Shown: positions 23,377 through 33,589 of the stretch, in pieces
How positions within the stretch are numbered: position 1 is the first letter of the stretch
Layout of the letters: each line of letters begins with the position of its first letter
Assembly: GCA_963805975.1 (NCBI GenBank)
Contig: CAWDVR010000004.1
Coordinates: 416,001-480,000 of the forward strand
Direction of reading: 5' to 3'
Source: an uncultured Acidobacteriota bacterium
GTDB lineage: Bacteria; Acidobacteriota; Thermoanaerobaculia; Multivoradales; SZUA-115
Length of the DNA stretch: 64,000 bases
Position numbers and translations under genes: made by a program
The notes under the pieces: generated by a model
What the model was told of the DNA's origin: nothing
Database searches by the model: none
What the model saw: the letters and a program-made list of their open reading frames with translations, nothing else

Positions 23377-25275
23377 ATGGTGGCTACCCCGTACGACGCT
23401 TCCGCTATCGAGGTCTTGACCGGCCTCGAGCCCGTCCGCCGCCGGCCGGGCATGTACACCCAGACCGAGCGGCCCAACCACCTGGCGCAGGAGGTGATCG
23501 ACAACTCCGTCGACGAGGCCATCGCCGGCCACTGCGACAAGATCGAGGTCACCCTCTACGAGGACGGTTCCCTCGCCGTGGCCGACAACGGCCGCGGCAT
23601 GCCGGTCGACAAGCACCGGGACGAGAAGGTCTCCGGCGTCGAGGTGATCCTCACCCGCCTGCACTCGGGCGCCAAGTTCTCGGACAAGAGCTACCGCTTC
23701 TCGGGCGGCCTGCACGGCGTCGGCGTGTCGGTGGTCAACGCCCTGTCGTCGAAGCTCGAGGTCCTCGTGCGGCGGGGTGGCAAGGAGCACCGCATGACCT
23801 TCGCCGGCGGCGAGAAGACCTCGGAGCTCAAGGTGGTGGGCGAGGTCGGGCAGAGAAACACCGGCACCACGATCCGCTTCTGGCCGGACCCCAAGTACTT
23901 CGACACCCCGAGGCTCGCCGTTCCTCGCCTCAAGCATTCGCTCCGTGCCAAGGCCGTGCTCTGCCCCGGCCTTCACGTGCGCTTCGTCCACGAGGGCACG
24001 CCGGAGGATGACGAGGAGTGGCGCTACGAGGCCGGCCTCACGGACTACCTGCTCGACGAGCTCGCCGGCAGCACGCTCCTGCCCACGGTGCCCTTCGTGG
24101 GCCATTTCAAAGGCAACGACGAAGAGGTGGACTGGGCTCTGGGCTGGCTCCCCGAGGAGGGCGAGCCGGTTGCCGAGAGCTACGTCAATCTGATTCCCAC
24201 GCCCCAGGGCGGCACGCACGTCAACGGCTTCCGCTCCGGGCTCACCGAGGCGATCCGCGAGTTCTGCGAGTTCCGCGGCCTCCTGCCCCGCGGCGTGAAG
24301 CTGGCGCCGGAGGACGTGTGGGGCCGCGTGACCTACGTGTTGTCGCTGCGCATGAAAGAGCCGCTCTTCACCGGCCAGACCAAGGATCGGCTCGCCTCCC
24401 GCGAGGCCGCTGCTTTCGTCTCCGGCGTGACCAAAGACTCCTTCAGCCTGTGGCTCAACCAGCACGTGGCCGACGCCGAGGCCATCGCGCGGCTCGCGAT
24501 CGAAAGCGCCCAGACCCGCACCAGGGCCGGCAAGGAGGTGCAGAGGAAGAAGATCACCAGCGGGCCGGCGCTCCCCGGCAAGCTCGCGGACTGCACCCTC
24601 CAGGCTCTCGAGCTCACCGAGCTCTTCCTGGTGGAGGGCGACTCGGCCGGCGGCTCGGCCAAGCAGGCGCGGAGCCGGGAGTTCCAGGCCATCCTGCCGT
24701 TGCGCGGGAAGATCCTCAACACCTGGGAGGTGGCCTCGAGCCAAGTGCTGGGCTCGCAGGAGGTGCACGACATCGCGGTAGCTTTGGGGGTGGACCCCGG
24801 CTCCGGCAACCTCCAGGGCCTGCGCTACGGCAAGGTCTGCATCCTGGCCGATGCGGACTCGGACGGCGCCCACATCGCCTCGCTGCTCTGTGCCTTGTTC
24901 CTGAAGCACTTCCGCGCTCTGGTGGAGGACGGCCGCGTCCACGTCGCCATGCCGCCGCTCTACCGCATCGACGTCGGCAAGCAGGTCTACTACGCGCTCG
25001 ACGACGAGGAAAAGAAGGGCTACCTCGACCGCATCGAGGCCGAGGGCCTGCGCGGCAAGGTCAACGTGCAGCGCTTCAAGGGCCTGGGCGAGATGAACCC
25101 CATCCAGCTCCGCGAGACCACCATGGCCCCCGAGACCCGCCGCCTGGTGCAGCTCACCCTCGACGGCGCCGCGGGGGCTTCCGCAGATGACATGCTGGAC
25201 ATGCTGCTCGCCAAGGCCAGGGTCGCCGATAGGAAGCAGTGGCTGACGGCCAAGGGGAACTTGGCGGAGGTGTAG
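23377..25275 (+). CDS. parE: DNA topoisomerase IV subunit B
   Basis: YDASAIEVLTGLEPVRRRPGMY, EVIDNSVDE, GGLHGVG, VEGDSAGGSAKQAR, PLRGKILN, ADADSDGAHI, QRFKGLGEMNP; lacks the long GyrB insert. Confidence 0.93.
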   Translation: MVATPYDASAIEVLTGLEPVRRRPGMYTQTERPNHLAQEVIDNSVDEAIAGHCDKIEVTLYEDGSLAVADNGRGMPVDKHRDEKVSGVEVILTRLHSGAKFSDKSYRFSGGLHGVGVSVVNALSSKLEVLVRRGGKEHRMTFAGGEKTSELKVVGEVGQRNTGTTIRFWPDPKYFDTPRLAVPRLKHSLRAKAVLCPGLHVRFVHEGTPEDDEEWRYEAGLTDYLLDELAGSTLLPTVPFVGHFKGNDEEVDWALGWLPEEGEPVAESYVNLIPTPQGGTHVNGFRSGLTEAIREFCEFRGLLPRGVKLAPEDVWGRVTYVLSLRMKEPLFTGQTKDRLASREAAAFVSGVTKDSFSLWLNQHVADAEAIARLAIESAQTRTRAGKEVQRKKITSGPALPGKLADCTLQALELTELFLVEGDSAGGSAKQARSREFQAILPLRGKILNTWEVASSQVLGSQEVHDIAVALGVDPGSGNLQGLRYGKVCILADADSDGAHIASLLCALFLKHFRALVEDGRVHVAMPPLYRIDVGKQVYYALDDEEKKGYLDRIEAEGLRGKVNVQRFKGLGEMNPIQLRETTMAPETRRLVQLTLDGAAGASADDMLDMLLAKARVADRKQWLTAKGNLAEV

Positions 25276-25367
25276 GAGCCAGCAGGCCGAACTTCAGGCG
25301 CTGATCAAGCGCCCTGCAGGGACGGCGCCTGACTCGGCTACACTCAGGCCGCTCGAGGAGGAACCCG

Positions 25368-25616
25368 ATGATGCCCGAACCGATGCGTGCCCCGCCCGGC
25401 TTCGACGAGCTCTCCACCGACGAGAAGGTCGACTATTTGCAGTCGCTCTGGAAGCGTATCGCTGCGCAGCCTGATGCCGTGCCCGTTCCCGACTGGCATC
25501 GCAGTGTTGTTCGGGAACGTGTGGAGGCGCATCGCAAGGAGCCTGCCAAAGGCGACACTTGGGATACCGTGCGAGCCCGCCTCCGCCGGAAGATCACAGA
25601 GCGTGCCGCTGAGTGA
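25368..25616 (+). CDS. Putative addiction-module antitoxin
   Basis: LSTDEKVDYLQSLW..VPDWHRSVVRER..TWDTVRARL pattern; followed by a ParE-like toxin start with GTGA overlap. Confidence 0.75.
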   Translation: MMPEPMRAPPGFDELSTDEKVDYLQSLWKRIAAQPDAVPVPDWHRSVVRERVEAHRKEPAKGDTWDTVRARLRRKITERAAE

Positions 25617-25751
25617 AGAGCCGGCTTCTGATCATCCGCCCCGAGGCGGAGGCCGACAGCGAGGACGCTGCTCTTTGGTATGAGGCCCAGCGCGTTGGCC
25701 TGGGCCTCGACTTCGAGGAGGATCTCGATCACCTTCTGCAACGGATTCGCC
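25613..25751 (+). pseudogene. Truncated RelE/ParE-family toxin (N-terminal ~46 codons only)
   Basis: LIIRPEAEADSEDAALWYEAQRVGLGLDFEEDLDHLLQRIR, then abuts the VOC gene start. Confidence 0.7.
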
Positions 25752-26165
25752 ATGCCCACCATCCGCCGCGTTCTCGAAACTGCGCTCTACTGCGACGACC
25801 TCGACCGCGCCGTCGCTTTCTACCGCGACTTGCTGGGCCTGTCGGTGCTGGCGCCGGGTCCGCGGCTCACCGCCATGGATGCCGGCGAGGGTACCGTGCT
25901 GCTGCTCTTCAAGAGCGGCGCCTCGCGAGAGGGAGTGCAGCTTCCCGACCACTGGCTTCCGCCGCACGATGGCTCGGGGCCGGTGCACATGGCCTTCGCG
26001 GTGGCGGCCGAGGACCTGCCTGCCTGGGAGGAGCGGCTCGCTTCCCACGGCGTAGAGATCGAGAGCCGCATCCACTGGGAGCGCGGCGGCAGGAGCCTCT
26101 ACTTCCGCGACCCGGATGGCCACTCGGTCGAGCTGGCGACCCCGGGAACCTGGGCGACGTACTGA
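25752..26165 (+). CDS. VOC/glyoxalase family protein
   Basis: VLETALYCDDLDRAVAFY, HMAFAV, SLYFRDPDGHSVEL. Confidence 0.88.
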   Translation: MPTIRRVLETALYCDDLDRAVAFYRDLLGLSVLAPGPRLTAMDAGEGTVLLLFKSGASREGVQLPDHWLPPHDGSGPVHMAFAVAAEDLPAWEERLASHGVEIESRIHWERGGRSLYFRDPDGHSVELATPGTWATY

Positions 26166-26186
26166 AGAGGTACGAGCTCCACCCTC

Positions 26187-28130
26187 TCACTCCACCGCCA
26201 ACGCAATCTGGTTCGCAAAGGTCTCCAGCAGGTGGCGCTGGTCCGGGCTGTCCAGCCGCTCCGCCGCGCCCGAGAGGATGCCTAGCACGCCGGCCACTTT
26301 GCCCGGCACCGAGAGGGGCAGGAAGAGGCCCTCGGCGGCGGGGAGAGTGTTGGTGGTGCGGCCGGCGGGCTGGCCGTGGTTGAACACCCAGGCGGCGACG
26401 GCGTGCTCCATCAGGTCGAGGTCCTGGAGCGGCGGGCCGTCGGCCTGGCCGCCCACGGTCAGCCGGCCGCCCTCGCCCGGCACCAGGAGCACCGTGGGGC
26501 AGCCGAAGAAGCCGGCCACGTGCCGGGCGGCGGTGTCGAGGGTGGCGGCAAGGTCCGGTGCCACGACCAGGTCGCGGGAGAGGGCGTAGAGGGCGGCGGT
26601 GCGCTGCTCGCGCAGCCGCGCGGCCTCGGCCTGCTGCCGCAGCCGCACGGTCAGGGTGGAGATGAAGAGGGCCGTCCCCAGCATCACACCGAAGGTCACC
26701 AGGTACTCGCTGTCGGCGACCGCGAAGCTCAAGCGCGGTGAGACGAAGAAGAAGTCGAAGCAGACGACGGACAGCACCGAAGCGAGGCCCGCCGCGCCCC
26801 TGCCGCCGCGTGCCGCCACTGCCACCACGCCCAGCAGGTAGACCATCACCAGATTGGTGCGCTCGAAGCGGGGTAACATCCAGGCGCAGATCAGAGTGGC
26901 GAGCGCCGTCACCACGAGCGCCGCGGTGTACTCCTTCCACCTGGCTTCGAGGCGTGGGCCTTGCCGTGCCGGCTCCATGACACCGGATTCTTCCTCGCCG
27001 GAAATGACGTAGACGTCGAGGTCGCCGCTGCCGCGCTCCAGGTCGTCGCGCACCGAGCCGAAGAGGCGGTCCCAAAAGCGCGGGTGGATGGGCTTGCCGA
27101 CCACGATCTTGGTGACGTTTCTCCAGCGCGCGTGCTTGAGGATCTCCTCGGCGGCCCGCTGGCCAGAGAGCACCACGGTCTGGGCTCCCAGGGTCTCGGC
27201 GAGGCGTAGGGTCTCGCGCACACGGCCCTTCTCGGTCGCGGGTAGCCGCAGCTCTCCGGGCGTCTCGACGTAGACCACCCACCATTCCGCCCTGAGGCGG
27301 TCCGCCAGCCGCCGCGCGGCGCGCACCAGCTTCGGAGCCGAGGGGCCGGAGGAGACGGCCACCAGCAGGCGCTCGGCCACCGGCCAGGTGGCGGCGATGC
27401 CGTGCTGCTCGCGGTAGCGTCGCATCTGCTCGTCCACGCGGTCGGCGGTCTTGCGTAGCGCCAGCTCACGGAGCGCGATCAGATTGCCCGCGCGAAAGAA
27501 GCCGTCGATGGCCCGCGCCGCTTGCTCGGGCACGTAGACCTTGCCTTCTGCCAGGCGTTTCAGCAGGTCTTCGGCCGGCAGGTCGACCAGCTCGACCTGG
27601 TCCGCGCGCTCGAGGATCGAGTCGGGCACGGTCTCCCGCACCACGATGCCGGTGATCTGACCGACCACGTCGCGCAGGCTCTCGAGGTGCTGGATGTTGA
27701 CCGTGGTGTAGACGTCGATGCCGGCGGCGAGCAGCTCCAGGGTGTCCTGCCAGCGCTTGGCGTGCCGTGAGCCGGGCGCGTTGGTGTGGGCCAGCTCGTC
27801 GACCAGTAGGACGGTGGGGCGGCGGGCCAGCGCGGCGTCCAGGTCCATCTCGCTGCGGCTGAGGCCGCGGTGCTCCGCCGTGCGCGGCGGCAGGCGCTCG
27901 AGGCCGGCGACCAGGGCTTCGGTCTCCCTGCGGCCGTGGGTCTCCACCCAGCCGATCACCACGTCCACGCCGCGGCGTTTCATCTCGTGCGCCGCTTCCA
28001 GCATGGCGTAGGTCTTGCCCACGCCGGCCACGGCGCCGAGGAAGATCTTGAGCCGGCCGCGGCGCGCCTGCTCCTCCTCCGCCTTGGCGAGGGCGAGCAG
28101 GGCGTCGGGGTCGCGGCGGTCGGGGATCAC
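26187..28130 (-). CDS. kdpD: KdpD sensor lacking the histidine kinase core (KdpD, Usp, 4-TM and GAF domains only)
   Basis: GRLKIFLGAVAGVGKTY, LVDELAHTN, GNLIALRELALR, four TM helices; stops at FANQIALAVE with no H-box. Confidence 0.85.
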   Translation of the reverse strand: MIPDRRDPDALLALAKAEEEQARRGRLKIFLGAVAGVGKTYAMLEAAHEMKRRGVDVVIGWVETHGRRETEALVAGLERLPPRTAEHRGLSRSEMDLDAALARRPTVLLVDELAHTNAPGSRHAKRWQDTLELLAAGIDVYTTVNIQHLESLRDVVGQITGIVVRETVPDSILERADQVELVDLPAEDLLKRLAEGKVYVPEQAARAIDGFFRAGNLIALRELALRKTADRVDEQMRRYREQHGIAATWPVAERLLVAVSSGPSAPKLVRAARRLADRLRAEWWVVYVETPGELRLPATEKGRVRETLRLAETLGAQTVVLSGQRAAEEILKHARWRNVTKIVVGKPIHPRFWDRLFGSVRDDLERGSGDLDVYVISGEEESGVMEPARQGPRLEARWKEYTAALVVTALATLICAWMLPRFERTNLVMVYLLGVVAVAARGGRGAAGLASVLSVVCFDFFFVSPRLSFAVADSEYLVTFGVMLGTALFISTLTVRLRQQAEAARLREQRTAALYALSRDLVVAPDLAATLDTAARHVAGFFGCPTVLLVPGEGGRLTVGGQADGPPLQDLDLMEHAVAAWVFNHGQPAGRTTNTLPAAEGLFLPLSVPGKVAGVLGILSGAAERLDSPDQRHLLETFANQIALAVE

Positions 28131-28708
28131 CGGGAGCCCACCTCCCCATCAAGCGACAGATTGAGTGCCAGAACGTTCACCCGCGGCTCGCCGAGGAAGC
28201 CCCACTGCCGGCCCTCGACGTGCTCCTCGACGAGGCGGCGCACGGTGGCCGGATCGAGGCCGCGGGCGGCGGCCACGCGACCCACCTGGTAGAACGCCGC
28301 CGCAGGGCTGAGGTGCGGATCGAGCCCGGAGGCCGAGGCAGTGGCGAGGTCGGCCGGCACCGGCCCGGTCTCTTGGGGATGGGCGGAGCGCAGGCTCGCG
28401 ACCCGCGCCGCCACCGCTTCGAGGAATGCCGGGTTGATGGGCCCGAGGTTGGAGCCCGAGGAAGCGCCACCGTTGTAGCTGGGCGCGGTGGCCGACGGGC
28501 GGCCCCAGAAATAGCGCTCGCCGGTGAAGATCTGGCCGACGAGCTCGGAGCCGATCCGCCGGCCTCCGCGCTCGATCAGGCTGCCGTGCGCCTGGCGCGG
28601 GAAGATCACCTGGGCGAGCCCGGTGACGAGGAGCGGGTAGGCGACGCCGGTGAGCGCCGTGAAGAGGACGAGGGCGAGGAAAGCGGTGCGCAACTCTTTT
28701 TTCATCAT
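28127..28708 (-). CDS. kdpC: K+-transporting ATPase subunit C
   Basis: [39 protein letters not shown]. Confidence 0.95.
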   Translation of the reverse strand: MMKKELRTAFLALVLFTALTGVAYPLLVTGLAQVIFPRQAHGSLIERGGRRIGSELVGQIFTGERYFWGRPSATAPSYNGGASSGSNLGPINPAFLEAVAARVASLRSAHPQETGPVPADLATASASGLDPHLSPAAAFYQVGRVAAARGLDPATVRRLVEEHVEGRQWGFLGEPRVNVLALNLSLDGEVGSR

Positions 28709-30775
28709 GTGAGCCTCAATGCAACGAGGGCGAGGTCGATCAGCTTGATCCCCACGAACGGCGCGATCAGCCCTCCGACGCCATACAGCAGCAGGTTGTC
28801 GCGCAGCAGGCGGGCGGCGGGAAGGCGGCGGTACGACACGCCCTTCAAGGCCAGCGGGATCAGCAGCACGATGACGAGCGCATTGAAGATCACCGCCGAG
28901 AGAATGGCGCTCTCCGGGGTCGCGAGGCCCATCACGTTGAGCCGGCCGAGCACCGGATAGGTGCTGACGAAGGCCGCCGGGATGATGGCGAAGTACTTGG
29001 CCACGTCGTTGGCGATCGAGAAGGTGGTGAGCGCGCCGCGGGTCATCAGGAGCTGCTTGCCGATCTCCACGGTCTCGAGAAGCTTGGTGGGGTTGGAGTC
29101 GAGGTCCACCATGTTGCTCGCTTCCTTGGCCGCCTGCGTGCCGCTGTTCATGGCCACCGCCACGTCGGCCTGGGCGAGCGCCGGCGCGTCGTTGGTGCCG
29201 TCGCCGGTCATCGCCACCAGCTTGCCGCCGGCCTGCAGCTCGCGGATCAGCTTGAGCTTGGCCTCGGGCGTGGCCTCGGCGAGGAAGTCGTCCAAGCCGG
29301 CCTCGGCGGCGATGGCAGCGGCGGTCAAGGGGTTGTCGCCGGTGATCATCACCGTCTTGATCCCCATCTGGCGCAGCGCCGCGAAGCGCTCGCGGATGCC
29401 GCCCTTGACGATGTCCTTGAGGTGGATCACGCCGAGCACCCGGTCGCCGTCCGCCACCACCAGCGGCGTGCCGCCCTGCTTGGCGATGGTCTCCACCTTG
29501 CCCGCCACGTCGGCCGGCAGCAAACCGCCCCGCGACTCGACGAAGGCGGCGATGGCGTCGCCCGCGCCCTTCCTGAGCTCGCGGCCGGGGAGGTCCACGC
29601 CGCTCATCCGGGTATGGGCGGAGAAGGGCACGAAACGGGCACCCAGGGGCTCGAGGTCGCGCTGGCGCAGGCCGAACCGCTCCTTGGCGAGGACCACGAT
29701 GCTCCGCCCCTCGGGCGTCTCGTCGGCGAGCGAGGCGAGCTGCGCGGCGTCGGCCAGCTCCTCCGGGGTCACCCCGAGGGCGGGCACGAAGTCCGTGGCC
29801 TGGCGGTTGCCGAGCGTGATGGTGCCGGTTTTGTCCAGCAGCAGCACGTCCACGTCGCCGGCCGCCTCCACGGCGCGGCCCGAGGTGGCGATCACGTTCG
29901 CCTGGATCATCCGGTCCATGCCGGCGATGCCGATCGCCGAGAGCAGGCCGCCGATGGTGGTCGGGATCAGGCAGACGAGGAGCGCGAGGAGCGCGGTGAG
30001 CGTGATCGGCGCGCCCTGGCCGGCCTCGCTCGTGCTGTAGAGCGAGAACGGCAGGAGCGTCGCGACGGCGAAGAGGAAGATCAGCGTCAGGGCCACGAGC
30101 AGGATGTGGAGCGCGATCTCGTTCGGTGTGCGCTGGCGCTTGGCGCCTTCGACCAGGGCGATCATGCGGTCGAGGAAGGTCTCGCCCTGGCTCGACGTGA
30201 CGCGCACCACCAGCCAGTCGGAGAGCACCCGCGTGCCGCCGGTGACGGCGTTCTTGTCGCCGCCGCTCTCGCGGATCACCGGCGCGCTCTCACCGGTGAC
30301 GGCGCTCTCGTCGACCGAGGCCGCGCCTTCCACCACCTCACCGTCGGCTGGGATCACGTCCCCGGCTTCGACCAGCACGAAGTCCCCGGGCTCGAGGTCG
30401 GTCGAGGCCACGGGCGTCGACGGTGCGTGGCGGTCGGCGTTCCACAGGCGCTTGGCCATGGTGGTGCGCCTGCGTGGCGCGGAGCGCCGCGGCCTGTGCC
30501 TTGCCGCGGCCCTCGGCCATGGCCTCGGCGAAGTTGGCGAACAGCAGCGTGAACCACAGCCAGAGGGCGATGCCGGTGACGAAGCCGGCCGGCGCCTCGC
30601 CACGGCCGGCGAAGGCCTGGACAGCGAGGAGCGTCGAGGCGACGCTCGCCACCAGCACCACGAACATCACCGGGTTCCTGATCTGGTGGCGCGGATCGAG
30701 CTTGGTGAAAGCCGCGATGGCGGCGCCGCGGACGATCGCGGGGTCGAACAGCGAGAGCTTTCTGCGCAGGGTCAT
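28705..30775 (-). CDS. kdpB: K+-transporting ATPase subunit B; +1 frameshift near 30472
   Basis: N-terminus [23 protein letters not shown] in one frame; TGES, DKTGT, TGDN and GDGTND in the next. Confidence 0.92.
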
Positions 30776-30789
30776 CGATGTACCTCTGC

Positions 30790-32574
30790 CTAGCGGGCAG
30801 CCGTCATCTGCAGGTGCTCGACGATGGGGCCGAGCGCCAGCGCCGGGACGAAGGTCAGGGCGCCGACCACCAGCACCACGGCGACCAGCAGAACGACGAA
30901 GAGAGGAGTGTGGGTGGGCAGCGTGCCGGAGCCGGTAGGCACGATCTTCTTGGCTGCCAGCGAGCCGGCGATCGCCAGCACCGGCAGCGCCACCCAGTAG
31001 CGGGCGAAGAGCATGGCGAGGCCCAGCATCGTGTTGTAGAACGGCGTGTTCGCGGAGAGGCCCGCGAAAGCGCTGCCGTTGTTGTTGCCGGCCGAGGAGA
31101 AGGCGTAGAGGATCTCCGAGAAGCCGTGTACGCCGGGGTTGAGGCGGCCGGCGAGGCCCGCCGGCACAAGCATCGCGACGGCGGTGCCGAGAAGCACTAC
31201 GAAGCAGGGCACCAGGATGCCGAACGAGGCCATCTTCATCTCGTGGGCCTCGATCTTCTTGCCGAGGTACTCGGGCGTGCGGCCCACCATCAGCCCGGCG
31301 GTGAACACCGCCACGATCAGAAACAGCAGCATGCCGTAGAGCCCTGAGCCCACGCCGCCGAACACCACCTCGCCCAACTGCATGAGCCACATCGGCACCA
31401 GGCCGCCGAGCGGGGTGAACGAGCCGTGCATCGAGTTCACCGAGCCGTTCGAGGCCGCGGTCGTGGCCGTGGCCCAGAGCGCCGAGGCGCCGATACCGAA
31501 GCGCGTCTCCTTGCCTTCGACGTTTCCTCCCGGCGAGAGGTCGCTCGCCTCGGACGAGAGCCCCAACCCGGCGAAGGCCGGGTTGCCCGCCTGTTCCGCC
31601 CAGGTGCAGACCGCGAGCAAGGGCACGAAGATCACCAGCATGGCGGCGAGGAGCGCCCATCCCTGCCGCGTGTCGCCCACCATGCGGCCGAAGGTGTAGC
31701 AGAGCGCCGCCGGGATCAGGAGGATGGCCAGCAGCTCGAGGAAGTTCGAGAGCGGCGTCGGGTTCTCGAGCGGGTGCGCGGAGTTGGCGTTGAAGAAGCC
31801 GCCGCCGTTGGTGCCGAGCTGCTTGATGGCGATTTGCGAGGCGGCAGGCCCTACTGCGAGCTTTGGGGCCGCCAGCTTCGCCGGCACCGGCTCGCCATCC
31901 TCGGCCGGCGCCGCGGCCTCGAGCGGCTCTATCACCGGGTAGGCCGAGAGAGTCTGCACTACACCCTGGGACACCAGCGCCACGGCCAGGATCAGGGACA
32001 ACGGCAGCAGGATGTAGAGCGTCGAGCGCGTCAGGTCGACCCAGAAGTTGCCGATCGTCGCCGCCGACTTGCGCACCAGCCCCCGGATCAAGGCCACTAG
32101 AGTGGCCATGCCGGCGGCGGCGGAGACGAAGTTCTGCACCGTGAGCCCCGCCATCTGCGTGAGGTAGCTCATCGTCGTCTCGCCGCCGTAGCTCTGCCAG
32201 TTGGTGTTGGTGGCAAAGCTCACGGCGGTGTTGAAGGCGAGGTGCGGTGCAACCCCCGCCAGCGACTCCGGGTTGGCGGGAAGCCAGCCCTGGAAGCGCT
32301 GCAACGCGTAGACGAAGAGGAAGCCGGCGGCGTTGAAGAGCAGCATGGCGAGGGCATAGGCCGGCCAGGCCATCTCGGCCTCGGGTCGCACACGAGAGAG
32401 CCGGTAGATCAGCCGCTCCACGGGCCCCAGCACACGGTCGAGCCCGAAGAGCGACCGGCCCTCGTAGACGCGTCCCCCCTCAAGAACATGAGCCATATAG
32501 GCGCCCAGGGGCTTCACGAGCGCCACCAGGACCACCAGGTAAACGAGGGACTGCAGCAGCGCGGGCGTGGTCAT
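30790..32574 (-). CDS. kdpA: K+-transporting ATPase subunit A
   Basis: [36 protein letters not shown] filter motifs. Confidence 0.96.
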   Translation of the reverse strand: MTTPALLQSLVYLVVLVALVKPLGAYMAHVLEGGRVYEGRSLFGLDRVLGPVERLIYRLSRVRPEAEMAWPAYALAMLLFNAAGFLFVYALQRFQGWLPANPESLAGVAPHLAFNTAVSFATNTNWQSYGGETTMSYLTQMAGLTVQNFVSAAAGMATLVALIRGLVRKSAATIGNFWVDLTRSTLYILLPLSLILAVALVSQGVVQTLSAYPVIEPLEAAAPAEDGEPVPAKLAAPKLAVGPAASQIAIKQLGTNGGGFFNANSAHPLENPTPLSNFLELLAILLIPAALCYTFGRMVGDTRQGWALLAAMLVIFVPLLAVCTWAEQAGNPAFAGLGLSSEASDLSPGGNVEGKETRFGIGASALWATATTAASNGSVNSMHGSFTPLGGLVPMWLMQLGEVVFGGVGSGLYGMLLFLIVAVFTAGLMVGRTPEYLGKKIEAHEMKMASFGILVPCFVVLLGTAVAMLVPAGLAGRLNPGVHGFSEILYAFSSAGNNNGSAFAGLSANTPFYNTMLGLAMLFARYWVALPVLAIAGSLAAKKIVPTGSGTLPTHTPLFVVLLVAVVLVVGALTFVPALALGPIVEHLQMTAAR

Positions 32575-32663
32575 GAGAAGCGCTCCGGCTTGAAGAGGGC
32601 GACGAAGAGGTAGGCCGCCAGCAGCACGGCCAGCACGAGAGCAAGAGCGTAGAGAGCACTCAT
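32571..32663 (-). CDS. kdpF: K+-transporting ATPase subunit F
   Basis: [30 protein letters not shown]; ATGA overlap with kdpA; too short for the ORF track. Confidence 0.88.
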   Translation of the reverse strand: MSALYALALVLAVLLAAYLFVALFKPERFS

Positions 32664-32758
32664 TTCGTCCCTTTCTCGAGGCTCAGGAAGAACCTAACGA
32701 GCCCCCAGGACAAGGCGAAGAAGCCGACGCCCAAAGCGAGGAAGAGAAGGTCTGCCAT
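32660..32758 (-). CDS. Small hydrophobic peptide upstream of kdpF
   Basis: [32 protein letters not shown]; GGAG RBS; ATGA-coupled to kdpF. Confidence 0.7.
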   Translation of the reverse strand: MADLLFLALGVGFFALSWGLVRFFLSLEKGTK

Positions 32759-32840
32759 GGATTTCTCCGGCCCGGCAGCAAGGCTCGTCGCGGGGGCGCG
32801 GGCCCTTGCCGGCTCGGGTAGAGCCTCGCCCGCCGCGGCC

Positions 32841-32877
32841 CAAGAAGTCCGCAAGACCGGCGAAAGAGTGTCTAAAG
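32841..32877 (-). promoter_or_regulatory. Candidate KdpE-binding array
   Basis: Minus strand CTTTAGACACT-CTTTCGCCGGT-CTTGCGGACTT-CTTG, an 11-bp period as in OmpR-family sites, upstream of the kdp operon. Confidence 0.5.
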
Positions 32878-32887
32878 TCGCCTGGGG

Positions 32888-33589
32888 TCAGCCGCTTGCC
32901 AGCGGCTCGGCGAGAAAGCGGTAGCCCACCCATGGCTCGGTGCCGATGTAGCGCGGGTTGGCGGGGTCCGGCTCGAGCTTCTTGCGCAGCGCGCCGACGT
33001 GGACCCGCACGGTGTCCACCGAGGTGGCGGGCGCGCCCTTCCACACCGTGGCCACGATCTGGCGGAGCGTGACCGGCCGGCCGGGGCGGCTGGCAAGGAG
33101 CCCGAGGATGGCGAGCTCGGTGGGCGTGAGGCGCACCTCGCGGCCCGCCTGCGTCACCCTACGGCGCCCGAGATCGATCTCGAGGTCGGCAAAGCGCAGC
33201 ACCTCGGCCGCCGTGCCGGTGGCGCGCCGGAGCTGCGAGCGCACGCGGGCCAGGAGCTCGGCCAGCGAGAACGGCTTGGTGACGTAGTCGTCCGCGCCGG
33301 CGTCGAGCGCCCGCACCTTGTCCTCTTCCTCGCCGCGCACCGAGAGCACGAGGACAGGTGTGGTGCCGGCGCGCCGCACGGCGCGGATGACCGCGAAGCC
33401 GTCGGCGCGCGGCATGGCGAGATCGGTGATCACCAGGTCCGGCTGCCGCTCCGCGAAGACCCGCGCGCCTTCGACGCCGTCGCCGGCGGTCACCGCCTCG
33501 TAGCCGGCAGCCTCGAGCTCGCGGGCCAGCGCGTCGCGGATCGCCGGGTCGTCGTCCACCACCAGCACCAGGGCAGGGCCGCGGCTCAG
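32888..33589 (-). CDS. kdpE: OmpR-family response regulator (KdpE-like)
   Basis: VLVVDDD, DLVITDLAMP, GADDYVTKPF, LRKKLEPDPANPRYIGTEPWVGYRF; start CTG 33589 or GTG 33568. Confidence 0.85.
   Translation of the reverse strand: MSRGPALVLVVDDDPAIRDALARELEAAGYEAVTAGDGVEGARVFAERQPDLVITDLAMPRADGFAVIRAVRRAGTTPVLVLSVRGEEEDKVRALDAGADDYVTKPFSLAELLARVRSQLRRATGTAAEVLRFADLEIDLGRRRVTQAGREVRLTPTELAILGLLASRPGRPVTLRQIVATVWKGAPATSVDTVRVHVGALRKKLEPDPANPRYIGTEPWVGYRFLAEPLASG

Noticed and set aside
22558-24942. Apparent 794-aa ORF ending in a PIN domain
   Set aside because: The upstream part is antisense to parE; the real toxin starts at TTG 23022.
25613-26383. 256-aa ORF as a long ParE toxin fusion
   Set aside because: After about 46 codons it is an off-frame read of the VOC gene.
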